Below are positions 41,665 to 51,486 of a stretch of DNA of 64,000 nt, piece by piece. A model generated the notes under the pieces. That model had not been told where the DNA came from. It did no database searches and saw only the letters and a program-made list of their open reading frames with translations. The translations under genes and the position numbers were made by a program. The DNA comes from Fibrobacteria bacterium (GTDB taxonomy: Bacteria > Fibrobacterota > Fibrobacteria > UBA11236): positions 1-64,000 of the forward strand of contig JBGTHM010000032.1 in assembly GCA_041746255.1 (NCBI GenBank). Reading direction: 5' to 3'. Numbering within the stretch: the first letter of the stretch is position 1; each line of letters begins with the position of its first letter.

Positions 41665-43308
41665 ATGAAACCCCTGGCTATCGTCACTCCCGTTTACCTC
41701 CTCTGGTACGCGCTTTTCCTGTTCGCCCCCGGCCTCGTCCGGATGGACGATTTCGGATATTTGCAAAGCGTCGGAGAATCCCTGGTTCAAGGACGTATCC
41801 TTACCCATGATTGGTTGGCCCCGTACAATGTTCCTCTAACGGCCTTGAGTTCGCTCGCCTTTATCGTCTCCGGAAATTTCCATCTTTCCACCTGGGGCCT
41901 GTTGGCCGTATTCAGCCTGGCCAATTTTTTCCTCCTGTATCTTCTACTGCGGTCACGATTGGATGCCTGGACCTCATCGTTGGGCGCCCTGGCGATATCC
42001 ACCTTTCCAATTTATGCGCATAAAACCTCCGAATATGCCGGTCATGTTCCCGCGTTGTTTTTTATGCTGGGCGCTTTACTGGCTTATCGCTATGGAAGGT
42101 GGGGTGTATTTTTCGCTTGCGCTTTTCTGGCTTTTGCCACCCGGCAAAATCAATTTGCCCTGTTGGCGCTTCCCGCCCTTTGGCTGCTGCAACCTGTCGG
42201 CGAAAATCACCGTCGCATGCCACCACTAATCGGCCTCGGTTTTTTCGCCTTCGCCGCGCCGCTTTTGCATTTTTTAACTAATCGCACTTTCTCACAAACT
42301 CAGGATATGTACGCCCATGCGGGTTGGCGGCAGGTGGTTTCCATATTGGAGACATTCGTAATCGGAATGATGGTCGTCACCTTGGTGCTGGCGATATGTC
42401 GATTGTCCTTCTCTGAAAAGGCCAGCGAGGAGGTTTCGAAACCACGCCACGCTACCTTCAAGCGATTGGGTATGGCGTTGGGATTGCTATTGTCGGCCAC
42501 GGGACTTTGCCTGATGCTGATGCGGCCTTTCCCGTTCATTTCTTTTCTGACTCCGCTGGTGGGTAGCCTGGACGGGCGTTGGATGCTGCAGTGGGCGCTT
42601 GCCGTGGCCATGTTGGCGGCTTTGCCTTTCGCACCGCGACTGTGGAATTTTCCCATGCCGTATTGGACTACGCTGACGGGCTTTATCGCTATCAGTAGTT
42701 TGCGCGGGTTTTGGTATGATTTTTACTTCCTCGAATTCTTTTTGTTGGCTTTGTTCGCGTATTTGCAAAACCGGCAGGTTCTCCATTTCAGTTTTACGGG
42801 AAAGCTGATGTTGGGCTTGGTATTGGCGGTTAATCTTGCATGGGCATACGGCTATAAGATTCATTGCGATAAGCAAAGGTTGTCGGCGGAAGCCTATGAG
42901 AGACTGGAAAGAGCCGGGTCGGTGCAGGTGTCGGAAATGACCGACGGGTCGTTCGGCTTTCTAGGGTGGAAGTTGTTCGACCATTATCGGGATAATCCCG
43001 GCCCCGGAAGAGCTTCGGATTTTCAATGCTATGTGCAACGCGACCGGGTGGTGGTGGAAAGCGAGATTCCCTGGCGTCGGAGTTTCAAGCGTGACCTGTC
43101 TGACGGCGAGGTTGTCCTGGACCGGGGAGAGGCGCCGGTGGGTTTTTTCACCCTAGGGTACCGGGTAGTGCGGTTGCACGCCTCCGATGCGTCCTCTTTA
43201 TGTGGAAACAGGCCCATTTCTCTGGAAAACTCGGGTTATACCCCCAAGCCCTTCCCCCTCAACGCCTCCGAATGGAAAGCGTATGGTTTAGGCCAATTTC
43301 AGCCGTAA
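41665..43308 (+). CDS. GT-C-like multi-TM membrane protein (ArnT/PMT-like)
   Basis: MDDFGY acidic pair in the first loop, AFATRQ, about 12 TMs and a soluble C-terminal domain; last gene of the dehydrogenase-epimerase-GT2 run. Confidence 0.65.
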   Translation: MKPLAIVTPVYLLWYALFLFAPGLVRMDDFGYLQSVGESLVQGRILTHDWLAPYNVPLTALSSLAFIVSGNFHLSTWGLLAVFSLANFFLLYLLLRSRLDAWTSSLGALAISTFPIYAHKTSEYAGHVPALFFMLGALLAYRYGRWGVFFACAFLAFATRQNQFALLALPALWLLQPVGENHRRMPPLIGLGFFAFAAPLLHFLTNRTFSQTQDMYAHAGWRQVVSILETFVIGMMVVTLVLAICRLSFSEKASEEVSKPRHATFKRLGMALGLLLSATGLCLMLMRPFPFISFLTPLVGSLDGRWMLQWALAVAMLAALPFAPRLWNFPMPYWTTLTGFIAISSLRGFWYDFYFLEFFLLALFAYLQNRQVLHFSFTGKLMLGLVLAVNLAWAYGYKIHCDKQRLSAEAYERLERAGSVQVSEMTDGSFGFLGWKLFDHYRDNPGPGRASDFQCYVQRDRVVVESEIPWRRSFKRDLSDGEVVLDRGEAPVGFFTLGYRVVRLHASDASSLCGNRPISLENSGYTPKPFPLNASEWKAYGLGQFQP

Positions 43309-43310
43309 AC

Positions 43311-43338
43311 TTGACATTTCCTAAGTGAATCCTATAAT
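43311..43338 (+). promoter_or_regulatory. Consensus sigma-70 promoter for the cimA leader
   Basis: TTGACA (43311-43316) - 16 nt - TATAAT (43333-43338). Confidence 0.85.
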
Positions 43339-43348
43339 TTGAAGACGT

Positions 43349-43474
43349 ATGCCTGTTTCAAGACCTGACCTTAACTCCCTATCGTCCCGAAATGGCGGCC
43401 AAGCGGCTCACAAGGCTCCTATTTCCGCTATTATTATTCCCATTCGGGAAGGGCGAGCCGTGGGAGCAGGTTAA
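43349..43474 (+). CDS. Ile-rich attenuator leader peptide (41 aa) of cimA
   Basis: MPVSRPDLNSLSSRNGGQAAHKAPISAIIIPIREGRAVGAG*; five ATT codons within eight codons; lies between the promoter and the terminator. Confidence 0.75.
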   Translation: MPVSRPDLNSLSSRNGGQAAHKAPISAIIIPIREGRAVGAG

Positions 43475-43498
43475 TTCATCCGGAAAACCAACACCCTC

Positions 43499-43527
43499 GG
43501 CCCGCTGCAAAAGCGGGCCTTTTTTTT
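43499..43527 (+). terminator. Attenuator terminator upstream of cimA
   Basis: GGCCCGCT-GCAAA-AGCGGGCC perfect 8-bp stem followed by T8, 50 nt before the cimA ATG. Confidence 0.88.
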
Positions 43528-43576
43528 GGTCCGTTTGCGGTAAGCGGGTCTTCGAGAGGTCAACAAGGACAAAAAA

Positions 43577-45166
43577 ATGAAAAGCGTGAAAATCTACGAC
43601 ACCACCTTACGGGACGGCAACCAAGCCAAAGGGCTTTCCTTTTCCCTGGAAGACAAACTGGCCATCGCCCGCAAGCTGGACGCTTTCGGCGTGGACTATA
43701 TCGAAGGCGGTTGGCCTAATCCCAGTAACGCCATCGACGCCGAGTTTTTCGAGCGCGCCCGCCGCATGGAATGGAAGCATGCGCGCATCGCGGCCTTCGG
43801 CAGCACTTGCCGTCCCAAAATCCATCCCAAGGACGATCCCGTGCTGCGCTATGTGGTGGAATCCCAGGCCCCGGTGATGACGATATTCGGCAAAAGCTGG
43901 GATTTGCACGTAACTGAAGTGTTGCGTACCACGCTGGAAGAAAATCGCCGCATGATCCGCGACACGGTGGCTTACCTGAAAGAAAAAGCCGGCGAGGTGG
44001 TGTACGACGCCGAGCATTTTTTCGACGGTTTCAAGGCCAATCCCGAATACGCCCTGAGTACGCTGGTGGCAGCGCAAGAAGGTGGAGCGGATTGTATCGT
44101 TCTGTGCGATACCAATGGCGGCATGGCGTTGCCCTGGGAGGTGGAGGAAATAACCGCCCGCATCCGCGCCGAATTGAAATGTGGAGTGGGCATCCACGCC
44201 CACAACGATACCGGAACCGGAGTGGCCAATTCGCTGGCGGCGGTCAGGGCCGGGGCCGTGCAGGTGCAGGGAACCATGAACGGCTACGGAGAGAGATGCG
44301 GCAACGCCAATTTGGTGGTGGTGATACCTAGCTTACAAATTAAAATGGGGCATAGCCTGGTATCTGAAAGTCAACTCAAGGGTTTGCGCGCTCTTTCGCT
44401 GAGCATCAGTGAAATCGCCAACCTTTCGGAGGACATTCGGCAGCCTTATGTGGGTGATGCCGCGTTCGCCCATAAGGGCGGAGCGCATATCGACGGTGTC
44501 ATGAAGATAGCGCGCAGCTTCGAGCATATGGATCCCGCGCTGGTCGGCAATGCCCGAGATTTCATCGTCTCCAATCAAAGCGGCAGTAGCCTGATCGTGG
44601 ACAAAATCAGCGCCATCAGTCCCGACCTGGACAAGCGCAGCCCGCAAGTCGCGGAAATTCTCGGCGCCGTCAAGCAGCTTGAGGATGAGGGTTATCATTT
44701 TGAAATCGCCGACGCGAGTTTCCAATTGTTGGCTCGGCGCAAGCTCGCCCTCTTCAAGGACCGTTTCGAATTTTTGGGGTTCCGTTCGATCGAAGAACGC
44801 CGTGAAAGCGGGGAAGTCTATTCCGAATTCACCATCAAGCTTAAGGTGGGGGATGAAATCGAGCATACGGCAGCCGAAGGCAACGGGCCGGTCGATGCCA
44901 TGAATTCCGCCGTGCGTAAAGCATTGATGCGCTTCTTTCCGGAGCTGCAATCGGTGGAATTGGTGGACTACAAGGTGCGCGTGCTGGATAACAATAAAGG
45001 CACGGGCGCCAAGGTAAGGGTGTGGATGAGCTTTCACAACGTCTCCCATCCCGAAGCCGAGCCCTGGGGCACCATCGGGGTTTCGGCCAATATCATCGAA
45101 GCCTCTTGGCTGGCGCTGATGGACGGCATCAACTACCGATTGCTGCAAGCAGGAGGCCGCGCATGA
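43577..45166 (+). CDS. cimA: (R)-citramalate synthase
   Basis: YDTTLRDG, IEGGWP, FGKSWDLHV, YDAEHFFDG, HAHND, GERCGN, AFAHKGG, DYKVRV, NIIEASW; CimA clade of the LeuA family. Confidence 0.93.
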   Translation: MKSVKIYDTTLRDGNQAKGLSFSLEDKLAIARKLDAFGVDYIEGGWPNPSNAIDAEFFERARRMEWKHARIAAFGSTCRPKIHPKDDPVLRYVVESQAPVMTIFGKSWDLHVTEVLRTTLEENRRMIRDTVAYLKEKAGEVVYDAEHFFDGFKANPEYALSTLVAAQEGGADCIVLCDTNGGMALPWEVEEITARIRAELKCGVGIHAHNDTGTGVANSLAAVRAGAVQVQGTMNGYGERCGNANLVVVIPSLQIKMGHSLVSESQLKGLRALSLSISEIANLSEDIRQPYVGDAAFAHKGGAHIDGVMKIARSFEHMDPALVGNARDFIVSNQSGSSLIVDKISAISPDLDKRSPQVAEILGAVKQLEDEGYHFEIADASFQLLARRKLALFKDRFEFLGFRSIEERRESGEVYSEFTIKLKVGDEIEHTAAEGNGPVDAMNSAVRKALMRFFPELQSVELVDYKVRVLDNNKGTGAKVRVWMSFHNVSHPEAEPWGTIGVSANIIEASWLALMDGINYRLLQAGGRA

Positions 45167-46443
45167 GTTTGGTGCAAATCATCAAGCTGAATAACCTGCG
45201 CCATCCGGACGTGCGATTGATAACCAACCGCGATGCCAGTCCTTCTCCGGTGGTTACTGAAACCGTGCGAAACATATTGGCCGACGTGAAGGCCGGCGGC
45301 CACAAAGCCGCCGTCAAATACGCGCGGCAATATGACGGCCTGCGCGCGGGAATGGCGGTTACCCACCCTCAACTTCAACAGGCCGCCCAGAAGTTGGACG
45401 CCACGGTCAAAAAAGCTATTCGTCAGGCCATAACCAACGTGTGCCGTTTCCACGAAAACCAGGTCGAACAAAGTTGGAACGTGAAGGGCAAGGAGGGCCA
45501 AGTTCTGGGCCAGATCATCCGTCCCTTGCGGAGGGTAGGGGTTTATGTTCCGGGGGGAGCCGGCGCTTATCCCAGCACTCTCATCATGAATTCAGTCCCC
45601 GCCCAGGTGGCCGGTGTAAAGGAAATCGTAGTGGTGACGCCGGCACCGAAAGGCCTTCACCCCAGCCTGGCATACGCCATTTTACAACTGGGTATTACCG
45701 AGGTTTATAAAATCGGAGGAGCCCAAGCCGTAGGCATGTTGGCCTATGGAACTGAAAAAGTAACCCGGGTGGATAAAATCGTGGGTCCCGGAAACGTCTT
45801 TTCCACTTTGGCCAAAAAGGAGGTTTTCGGCATTGTGGACATCGACATGATCGCCGGACCTTCCGAGGTGCTTATATTGGCGGACGAAACCGCGGATCCG
45901 GATTGGGTGGCCGCCGATATGCTGGCCCAAGCTGAGCACGGGTCGGGTTACGAGGCCGCCATTTGCGTCACGACCTCCACCAAAATGGCCGAGTGGGTTA
46001 GCGCTTGTGTTGAACAACAAGTAGCGGAATCGCCCAAGCAGGAAATTTTGAAAAAAGCCCTATCCCGGTTCGGCCGTATTTATATAGTCCAGGATTGGGA
46101 GGCCGGATGCGAATTGTCCGATGCCATCGCCCCGGAACACCTCGAAATCATGGTAAAAAAACCGGAAAAGCTCTTACCAAAAATCCACAATGCCGGCGCT
46201 ATTTTCATCGGCCCTTATTCCGCCGAGGCCGTGGGCGATTATTTTGCGGGGCCCAACCATGTACTCCCCACGAACGGCTCCGCGCGCTTTTTCTCACCCC
46301 TGGGAACCTACGATTTTTACAAGCGCACCGGGTATTTGTCCTATACGGGCGAAGCGATGCGGAAAAATGGGGAGCAGATTGCCGCCCTGGCCGATGCGGA
46401 AGGATTCTATCACCACGCCCAGTCGGTGCGCAAGCGGCTCTGA
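45163..46443 (+). CDS. hisD: Histidinol dehydrogenase
   Basis: [55 protein letters not shown] overlap with cimA. Confidence 0.97.
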   Translation: MSLVQIIKLNNLRHPDVRLITNRDASPSPVVTETVRNILADVKAGGHKAAVKYARQYDGLRAGMAVTHPQLQQAAQKLDATVKKAIRQAITNVCRFHENQVEQSWNVKGKEGQVLGQIIRPLRRVGVYVPGGAGAYPSTLIMNSVPAQVAGVKEIVVVTPAPKGLHPSLAYAILQLGITEVYKIGGAQAVGMLAYGTEKVTRVDKIVGPGNVFSTLAKKEVFGIVDIDMIAGPSEVLILADETADPDWVAADMLAQAEHGSGYEAAICVTTSTKMAEWVSACVEQQVAESPKQEILKKALSRFGRIYIVQDWEAGCELSDAIAPEHLEIMVKKPEKLLPKIHNAGAIFIGPYSAEAVGDYFAGPNHVLPTNGSARFFSPLGTYDFYKRTGYLSYTGEAMRKNGEQIAALADAEGFYHHAQSVRKRL

Positions 46444-46487
46444 GGGCTATGGGAGAGGACATCCCTCCCCGACAGGGGATATAGGCC

Positions 46488-46516
46488 TTGGCCCGGAGGG
46501 AGGTGGGAGCTATATT
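46488..46516 (+). promoter_or_regulatory. Probable sigma-70 promoter of tRNA-Pro
   Basis: TTGGCC - 17 nt - TATATT ending 12 nt before the tRNA. Confidence 0.5.
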
Positions 46517-46528
46517 GTCGGGTTCAAT

Positions 46529-46605
46529 CGGGGCGTAGCTCAGTCTGGTAGAGCATCTGCTTTGGGAGCAGAAAGTCGCATGTTCGAATCGTGTCGCCCC
46601 GACCA
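46529..46605 (+). tRNA. tRNA-Pro (anticodon TGG)
   Basis: CGGGGCG/CGCCCCG acceptor stem, TAGCTCAGTCTGGTAGAGC D arm, TCTGC-TTTGGGA-GCAGA anticodon arm, TTCGAATC T loop, encoded CCA. Confidence 0.97.
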
Positions 46606-46758
46606 ATTTCTCCGCATAGACCGCAAAATCCCTTAGGTACCAATCCAAGCATCCGATTCCAGGGTCTTCAGCGGGTTATCACTCAAAAAAAGTGCCTCGG
46701 TAGGCTCCATGACCCGAAATTCTTCAGGAGGCCCTGCATTGGGGCCTTTCCCTACACG

Positions 46759-48807
46759 CTACTGGAATTTCACTCCCGAGAGCTGGAACTCCTTTTTAAA
46801 ACCCGGGGGTTCGTTTTCGTATGTCCGCAGATGGACGCCCATGCTCCGGAAAGTCCGGCCGTAGCGGGGCGGAATTTTTCCCGCATAGGGCTTCAGATAA
46901 CCGTTGACGTTGTCTTGGGTGAAGAGATCCGTGCCGTCTCCGTAGGGCCCTGCGGTGGAAACGGTACCGTTGTTTAGGCGCAACTCAGTGCCCCACAGCA
47001 TAAGATTCGCTTCCCAGTTTTCCAGGATATTGGGGCTCATGAAATCGGTTGAACCATGGCTGGAATTTTTCAGGTAGAAGGATTCATTGATATTGGGCAC
47101 GCCTTGGACAAAGGTTCCGACATAGGCGCCGGCGCAGGCATCCGCGCCTCCCCGGATGCCGTCCTTGAAAGGATCGCGTTCCAACATATTGGCCCGGCCC
47201 CGCTTGGGTGAGGCACTTCCGTGTCCGTATTGGTCTTGATGCCATTTGAACGAGAGAAACCAGATGCGGTTTTCATTGGCGATGACGGCGGCATTCTTGA
47301 TATTGGACGTGTCCATATAGGCCGGAGAAGCGGGGTTTCCGATGCGGCCGGTAAAATCCATGTTTCCGTCGGTGTTTTTACCCACATTGAAATCGCCGGA
47401 AAGGTAGACTTCACCGAAGGTATGGATGGTGATATCCTTCAAAAGCTTGGAAGCGTTATAGATATACAGGTTGGAGCTGTCGCCATCCAGAATGCCTCCG
47501 TTTTCGGAGCTCGGGTAGAATTTGGGGTCGGATAAATCGATTTTTTTGACGTTGATCCAGCGTCCGCTTTTCCAACCGCCCAACCAGACTTTGAAAGTGG
47601 GATGGGTAACTTTGTTGATGCCGCTCACCAACTTACTCATCGACTCGTGTTGATTATGAGCCTTTCTTGGATATCGATACCTGTCCTCATCATTCGCGTT
47701 GACCTCGAGCACCAGAGGCTCATAATGACCATAGGCGGAGTTGAAAATCACGTCGTTGGCCACGCCGGATACGTCGTTCAATCGGAGCACTTCGTCCGCG
47801 CAGGGGTTCTCCCCTGAGAGCGTGGCGGTATCCACCATGGGAATGGTTACCAGCGGGGCCCCATCCTGCACCACTCCTTTGAATTGGGGTTCGATGACCT
47901 CTTTCCAGGTCGGATTATCGCTATCATAAGAATCCGTCGGACCATTGCGGAACATTTCCTGATATACCCCGGCAACTTTTACGAAAACCCGCCCCGAAGC
48001 CAAATGAGAAGTGAAATTAGCCGGCCAATTCCATCCGGCGGCCGCTTCATAGAAAGCGACTTTGTTGTCGTTGATGTATTGTTGTTTCGCCAAAATATGG
48101 TCCTGTCCCGAATTCCGATAGACATGGATTTTTCCACCGGCCGTAATCGAGCCACCGTCGTAAAGAATGGAATCCGTGCCCACTTCCTGCCCACTCAGGT
48201 AAAGGTTGCCGTTGGTGTGGACCTTGCCCTGCACGAAGGATCCGCGGCGCCAGTTGGCGTCTAAATCCCCGTTGGAAAGAAAGGTATAGTTATCAATTTT
48301 GAGTAGGGTCAGGGTGTAGGTGGCTTTCAGTCCGGTGCGCCCATTGATTTCCACTTGCGATTCCACCATCAAGGTGGCCGAATCCTCCATCCAGGATCGC
48401 ACTCGAACCGTTTCGTTCTGTACGTTGCCGGCGAAACTTTCTTCTCCCGAGGCCGTTCGTTTAATCCAACCATCCTCCAGGGTGACCTCTCCACCTCCCA
48501 TGTCCGGTAATTTAGAGACATCGAGCGAGTCGCAGGAGGAATAGGGTGTATCCGAATCGGAATGGGTCAGGAGTAACCCCGATGGAGTACGGTTCATCGC
48601 TTCCAGGATCCAGGCGAATCCGGTTTCGGCGGCTGATTTGGCCTGGATCCTTTCCCAGTAATGGTGTGAGCTGGTCAGCTCGGTTTTGGCGTTGCGTAAC
48701 ATGTAGGAGCCCAGCATGGTTCCCACGAGCAGAATGCCAAGTACCATGGCGATACTGGCGCCCCGCTGGCCGTGTTCGTAACGGTTATCGGGCTTTTCGG
48801 TGAACAT
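46759..48807 (-). CDS. PilX-like type IV pilus/pseudopilus protein with a large C-terminal domain
   Basis: QRG|ASIAMVLGILLV (no Glu+5), QAKSAAETG, GKVHTNGNLY; GGAGG RBS; follows PilV- and PilW-like genes. Confidence 0.75.
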   Translation of the reverse strand: MFTEKPDNRYEHGQRGASIAMVLGILLVGTMLGSYMLRNAKTELTSSHHYWERIQAKSAAETGFAWILEAMNRTPSGLLLTHSDSDTPYSSCDSLDVSKLPDMGGGEVTLEDGWIKRTASGEESFAGNVQNETVRVRSWMEDSATLMVESQVEINGRTGLKATYTLTLLKIDNYTFLSNGDLDANWRRGSFVQGKVHTNGNLYLSGQEVGTDSILYDGGSITAGGKIHVYRNSGQDHILAKQQYINDNKVAFYEAAAGWNWPANFTSHLASGRVFVKVAGVYQEMFRNGPTDSYDSDNPTWKEVIEPQFKGVVQDGAPLVTIPMVDTATLSGENPCADEVLRLNDVSGVANDVIFNSAYGHYEPLVLEVNANDEDRYRYPRKAHNQHESMSKLVSGINKVTHPTFKVWLGGWKSGRWINVKKIDLSDPKFYPSSENGGILDGDSSNLYIYNASKLLKDITIHTFGEVYLSGDFNVGKNTDGNMDFTGRIGNPASPAYMDTSNIKNAAVIANENRIWFLSFKWHQDQYGHGSASPKRGRANMLERDPFKDGIRGGADACAGAYVGTFVQGVPNINESFYLKNSSHGSTDFMSPNILENWEANLMLWGTELRLNNGTVSTAGPYGDGTDLFTQDNVNGYLKPYAGKIPPRYGRTFRSMGVHLRTYENEPPGFKKEFQLSGVKFQ

Positions 48808-48830
48808 ACTTTCCTCCTCCCGCCTGGGAA

Positions 48831-49430
48831 TCAATTTCCAGCCAGCGACAGATTACGGGGAGCTACTTTGAAGTTTGTCGACCGGGTCATAAGCGAATCG
48901 CCTTGGAATTTCCCCCGCCGGAATGATCGAAGGGAAACTTCGACGCTACGTACGTTGGCGGCGGCTCCGGTTACGTTTCCCGAGGCCGTTAAATAACGGA
49001 ATTCCAGGCTGTCGACGCCTTTGGCCATGGGGTTTTCCTGGATTCGATCCGAACCCGAGGCGGGCCGGCAGGTCAGTTTCCGCATCAATTCCGCATCCGG
49101 GCTGAGGAAGAATTCCATGGAAACCGTATCGGCTTTTTCGCAGATCAGGCTGTCGTCCGCTAAAAACCGGATGCCGAGGCTATCCTTCTCCGCGGTTACG
49201 ATGGCCACAGCCGATGGGATGCGATACCCCGCCCGGCTGATATATCCGGTCATCTGGCTGGAGATTCTTTTATTGGCGAGTTGCAATTCCACCACGGTAT
49301 TCTGACGGTGTGAGGCTTCCCGCTGACTTCGATAGACGATCATCGCGATGTAAACCACCATCGAGACCAGGGCGGCGGCTATCATCAGTTCGACCAAGGT
49401 CACGCCTTTTTGCCCGTGGAGGTTATTCAT
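48831..49430 (-). CDS. PilW-like prepilin
   Basis: QKG|VTLVELMIAAAL class III signal; ISRAGY; VDSLEFRY, VRSVEVSL, APRNL. Confidence 0.85.
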   Translation of the reverse strand: MNNLHGQKGVTLVELMIAAALVSMVVYIAMIVYRSQREASHRQNTVVELQLANKRISSQMTGYISRAGYRIPSAVAIVTAEKDSLGIRFLADDSLICEKADTVSMEFFLSPDAELMRKLTCRPASGSDRIQENPMAKGVDSLEFRYLTASGNVTGAAANVRSVEVSLRSFRRGKFQGDSLMTRSTNFKVAPRNLSLAGN

Positions 49431-49848
49431 TTCTTCCCTGTATGTAGGACTGCAGGGAAATGGATTGCGAATCGGATTCCGTGCCTTTTTTCAACCAGTT
49501 CACTTGTGTGCGTAACCTAAGAAATCGTTCTCCCAGGCGACCGCGGGTAAAGGAATTCGTGATCGAGAATTCGGTATGCTCCAGCGTTTCCTTAACCGCA
49601 GAAATGAAATAAACCGAATCGGCATCGACATAGGCGGAGAATTGTTGGAAGTGGGCCGGTTCCGCCAAATAAGATGCGTAATACTCAACTTCGTTTTGGA
49701 TCAAACCGGCGGCTTGGGACAGGTCGCCGCTTTTTTTGTTCAAACCGCCGGCCGTCCGGCTATAAATCGTGGTAAAAGCCGCCACCAGGGCCAGCAGAAT
49801 CATCCCAATGGCGACTTCCAGAAAGGTAAAGCCTTTTTGCATGTACAT
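49423..49848 (-). CDS. PilV-like prepilin
   Basis: QKG|FTFLEVAIGMILLAL class III signal; C-terminal VNW. Confidence 0.85.
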   Translation of the reverse strand: MYMQKGFTFLEVAIGMILLALVAAFTTIYSRTAGGLNKKSGDLSQAAGLIQNEVEYYASYLAEPAHFQQFSAYVDADSVYFISAVKETLEHTEFSITNSFTRGRLGERFLRLRTQVNWLKKGTESDSQSISLQSYIQGRNE

Positions 49849-50060
49849 AACTGATATTATATCACTTATTGCAATGACTCAAACATTGCCGGAGCGTCCT
49901 GAAAAAGCGCAAATCCCGTTATTAGCCGACCGCCGGAGAGTTGCGACGTCTCAATGATGGGTCATGGAGGGGGTAACTTTCCCATTCACCCGTGTTTTAC
50001 GGGTAAATCAGGCCACATATCCCCTAAAAGTGCGAAATTTTGGCTAAAAATACAAAAAAT

Positions 50061-50080
50061 CTGTTCCCAAGTGGGAACAG
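50061..50080. promoter_or_regulatory. Operator-like palindrome CTGTTCCCA-AG-TGGGAACAG
   Basis: Perfect 9-bp arms in the intergenic region between the divergent pilin and secreted-protein genes; 17/20 identical to 56061-56080. Confidence 0.6.
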
Positions 50081-50218
50081 AAGTTGGAAACCCCAACCAG
50101 TTAAAACCGTCGAACCCCCTAATATAGAGAGAGTTGAATTGCATTTTTTCGGAATCTTCTTGGGATTTGGGAAAGAATACAGATTGCGGACAGGTAACCT
50201 AAAATTGATAGGGGTAAT

Positions 50219-51151
50219 ATGAAATCCATTAAATATTTCTTGATGATTTTTATGGCGAGTACATTTGGTTTAGCGGATCTGACCGCCGCCGTTTATCAGG
50301 AAGCGGGCGGGTATGTCGTGATGGAAATGGAGAAAACGGAAACGAATTTCAGCCAATGTTGGACACTGGAGACAACGAAAAATCCGGAAGGCGGCGGCGC
50401 GTTAAGACAAGCGAAATGCAATAACCCTAGTGTGGGCAATCCCCAAAATCCCCTCAAATACACCTTTAAAATTAACAGCGCAGGGGTATACACCTTATTC
50501 CTGAAGATTTGGAAAGATCATAAAAAAACGAATTCCGAGCCTGATAAAAGTAACGATGTATACGTGCGTGTAGAGGGTGATTTCACGACGGGTGGAGATG
50601 CCTCCACCGAAGCTTTGAAACAAGATCAGAAACACTATGGTGGCGCAAGTGATGCTTATGCCTGGACTGGTGGAAAACTTGATTACGATCACAAAAAATG
50701 GGACAGTAAATACACTTTTAAAGCGGGTCAAACCTATAATCTGTTTATCTCCGCTCGCGCTCAACATACCGTAGTGGATCGAATTCTCTTCGCAACCTCC
50801 GCGGGTGCGGCCAAAGGCAAGGCGAACGGGACCCCCGAATCTTCTACTTCGGGAACCACCGGCACCCTAATAACAGCCTCTCAATCCCTTGCCATGCCCA
50901 GCATTGCGGCGCATCCCGGAGCCCAGAATATTGAATTCAAGCTGGCGCAAATAGAAGCCTCAGGGGAAAAAGCGGCCGTATTGGAAATTTATAACGTGCA
51001 GGGAAACCTCATGAAACAAATTCCCGTGAAGGCGGAAAAGTTAAGCTGGGATAAAACGGATGTTCGAGGGAATAAGGTTCCCAACGGCATGTACATCGCT
51101 GTTGTGCAGATGAAAAACTATAGCATTCAGCAAGCTTTTCCGGCTTTTTAA
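50219..51151 (+). CDS. Secreted protein, unassigned carbohydrate-binding-like domain plus FlgD-Ig/T9SS-like C-terminal domain
   Basis: Signal peptide; VYQEAGGYVVMEME, PLKYTFKINSAGVY, DKSNDVYV, VDRILF; Ser/Thr/Gly linker; LEIYNVQG..WDKTDVRGNKVPNGMY. Confidence 0.7.
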   Translation: MKSIKYFLMIFMASTFGLADLTAAVYQEAGGYVVMEMEKTETNFSQCWTLETTKNPEGGGALRQAKCNNPSVGNPQNPLKYTFKINSAGVYTLFLKIWKDHKKTNSEPDKSNDVYVRVEGDFTTGGDASTEALKQDQKHYGGASDAYAWTGGKLDYDHKKWDSKYTFKAGQTYNLFISARAQHTVVDRILFATSAGAAKGKANGTPESSTSGTTGTLITASQSLAMPSIAAHPGAQNIEFKLAQIEASGEKAAVLEIYNVQGNLMKQIPVKAEKLSWDKTDVRGNKVPNGMYIAVVQMKNYSIQQAFPAF

Positions 51152-51486
51152 GAATCACAACCGATCCAGAGCATGGCTTAAGGAACTCTCCGGTTTTAAG
51201 TTGCCCAAAGTAATTGGGGCGCAGCGATAAGCCCTTCTTTGGAACCCAAGATTTCCCTCCCGAAAAATTCCGGGAACACCTTTGCAGTCCATGGTGAACA
51301 AGTTGGCGGAGCCGTGAGCTTCTGCTTGTTGTTTTCCGACCTAAGAACTGGATTTTCTCCGCTTCTGCGCATACACCCGATACCTTATGGGCATAGTACC
51401 GAATAGGGAGAAAAAGATCGATTCGTGGCCTTTGCTGAGTTTCATGCGGGAATGGCTGACGGTACACAATTAGCAATTGGATATTT

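Noticed and set aside
46461..46480. Hairpin after hisD as a terminator
   Set aside because: Short stem and no U-tract
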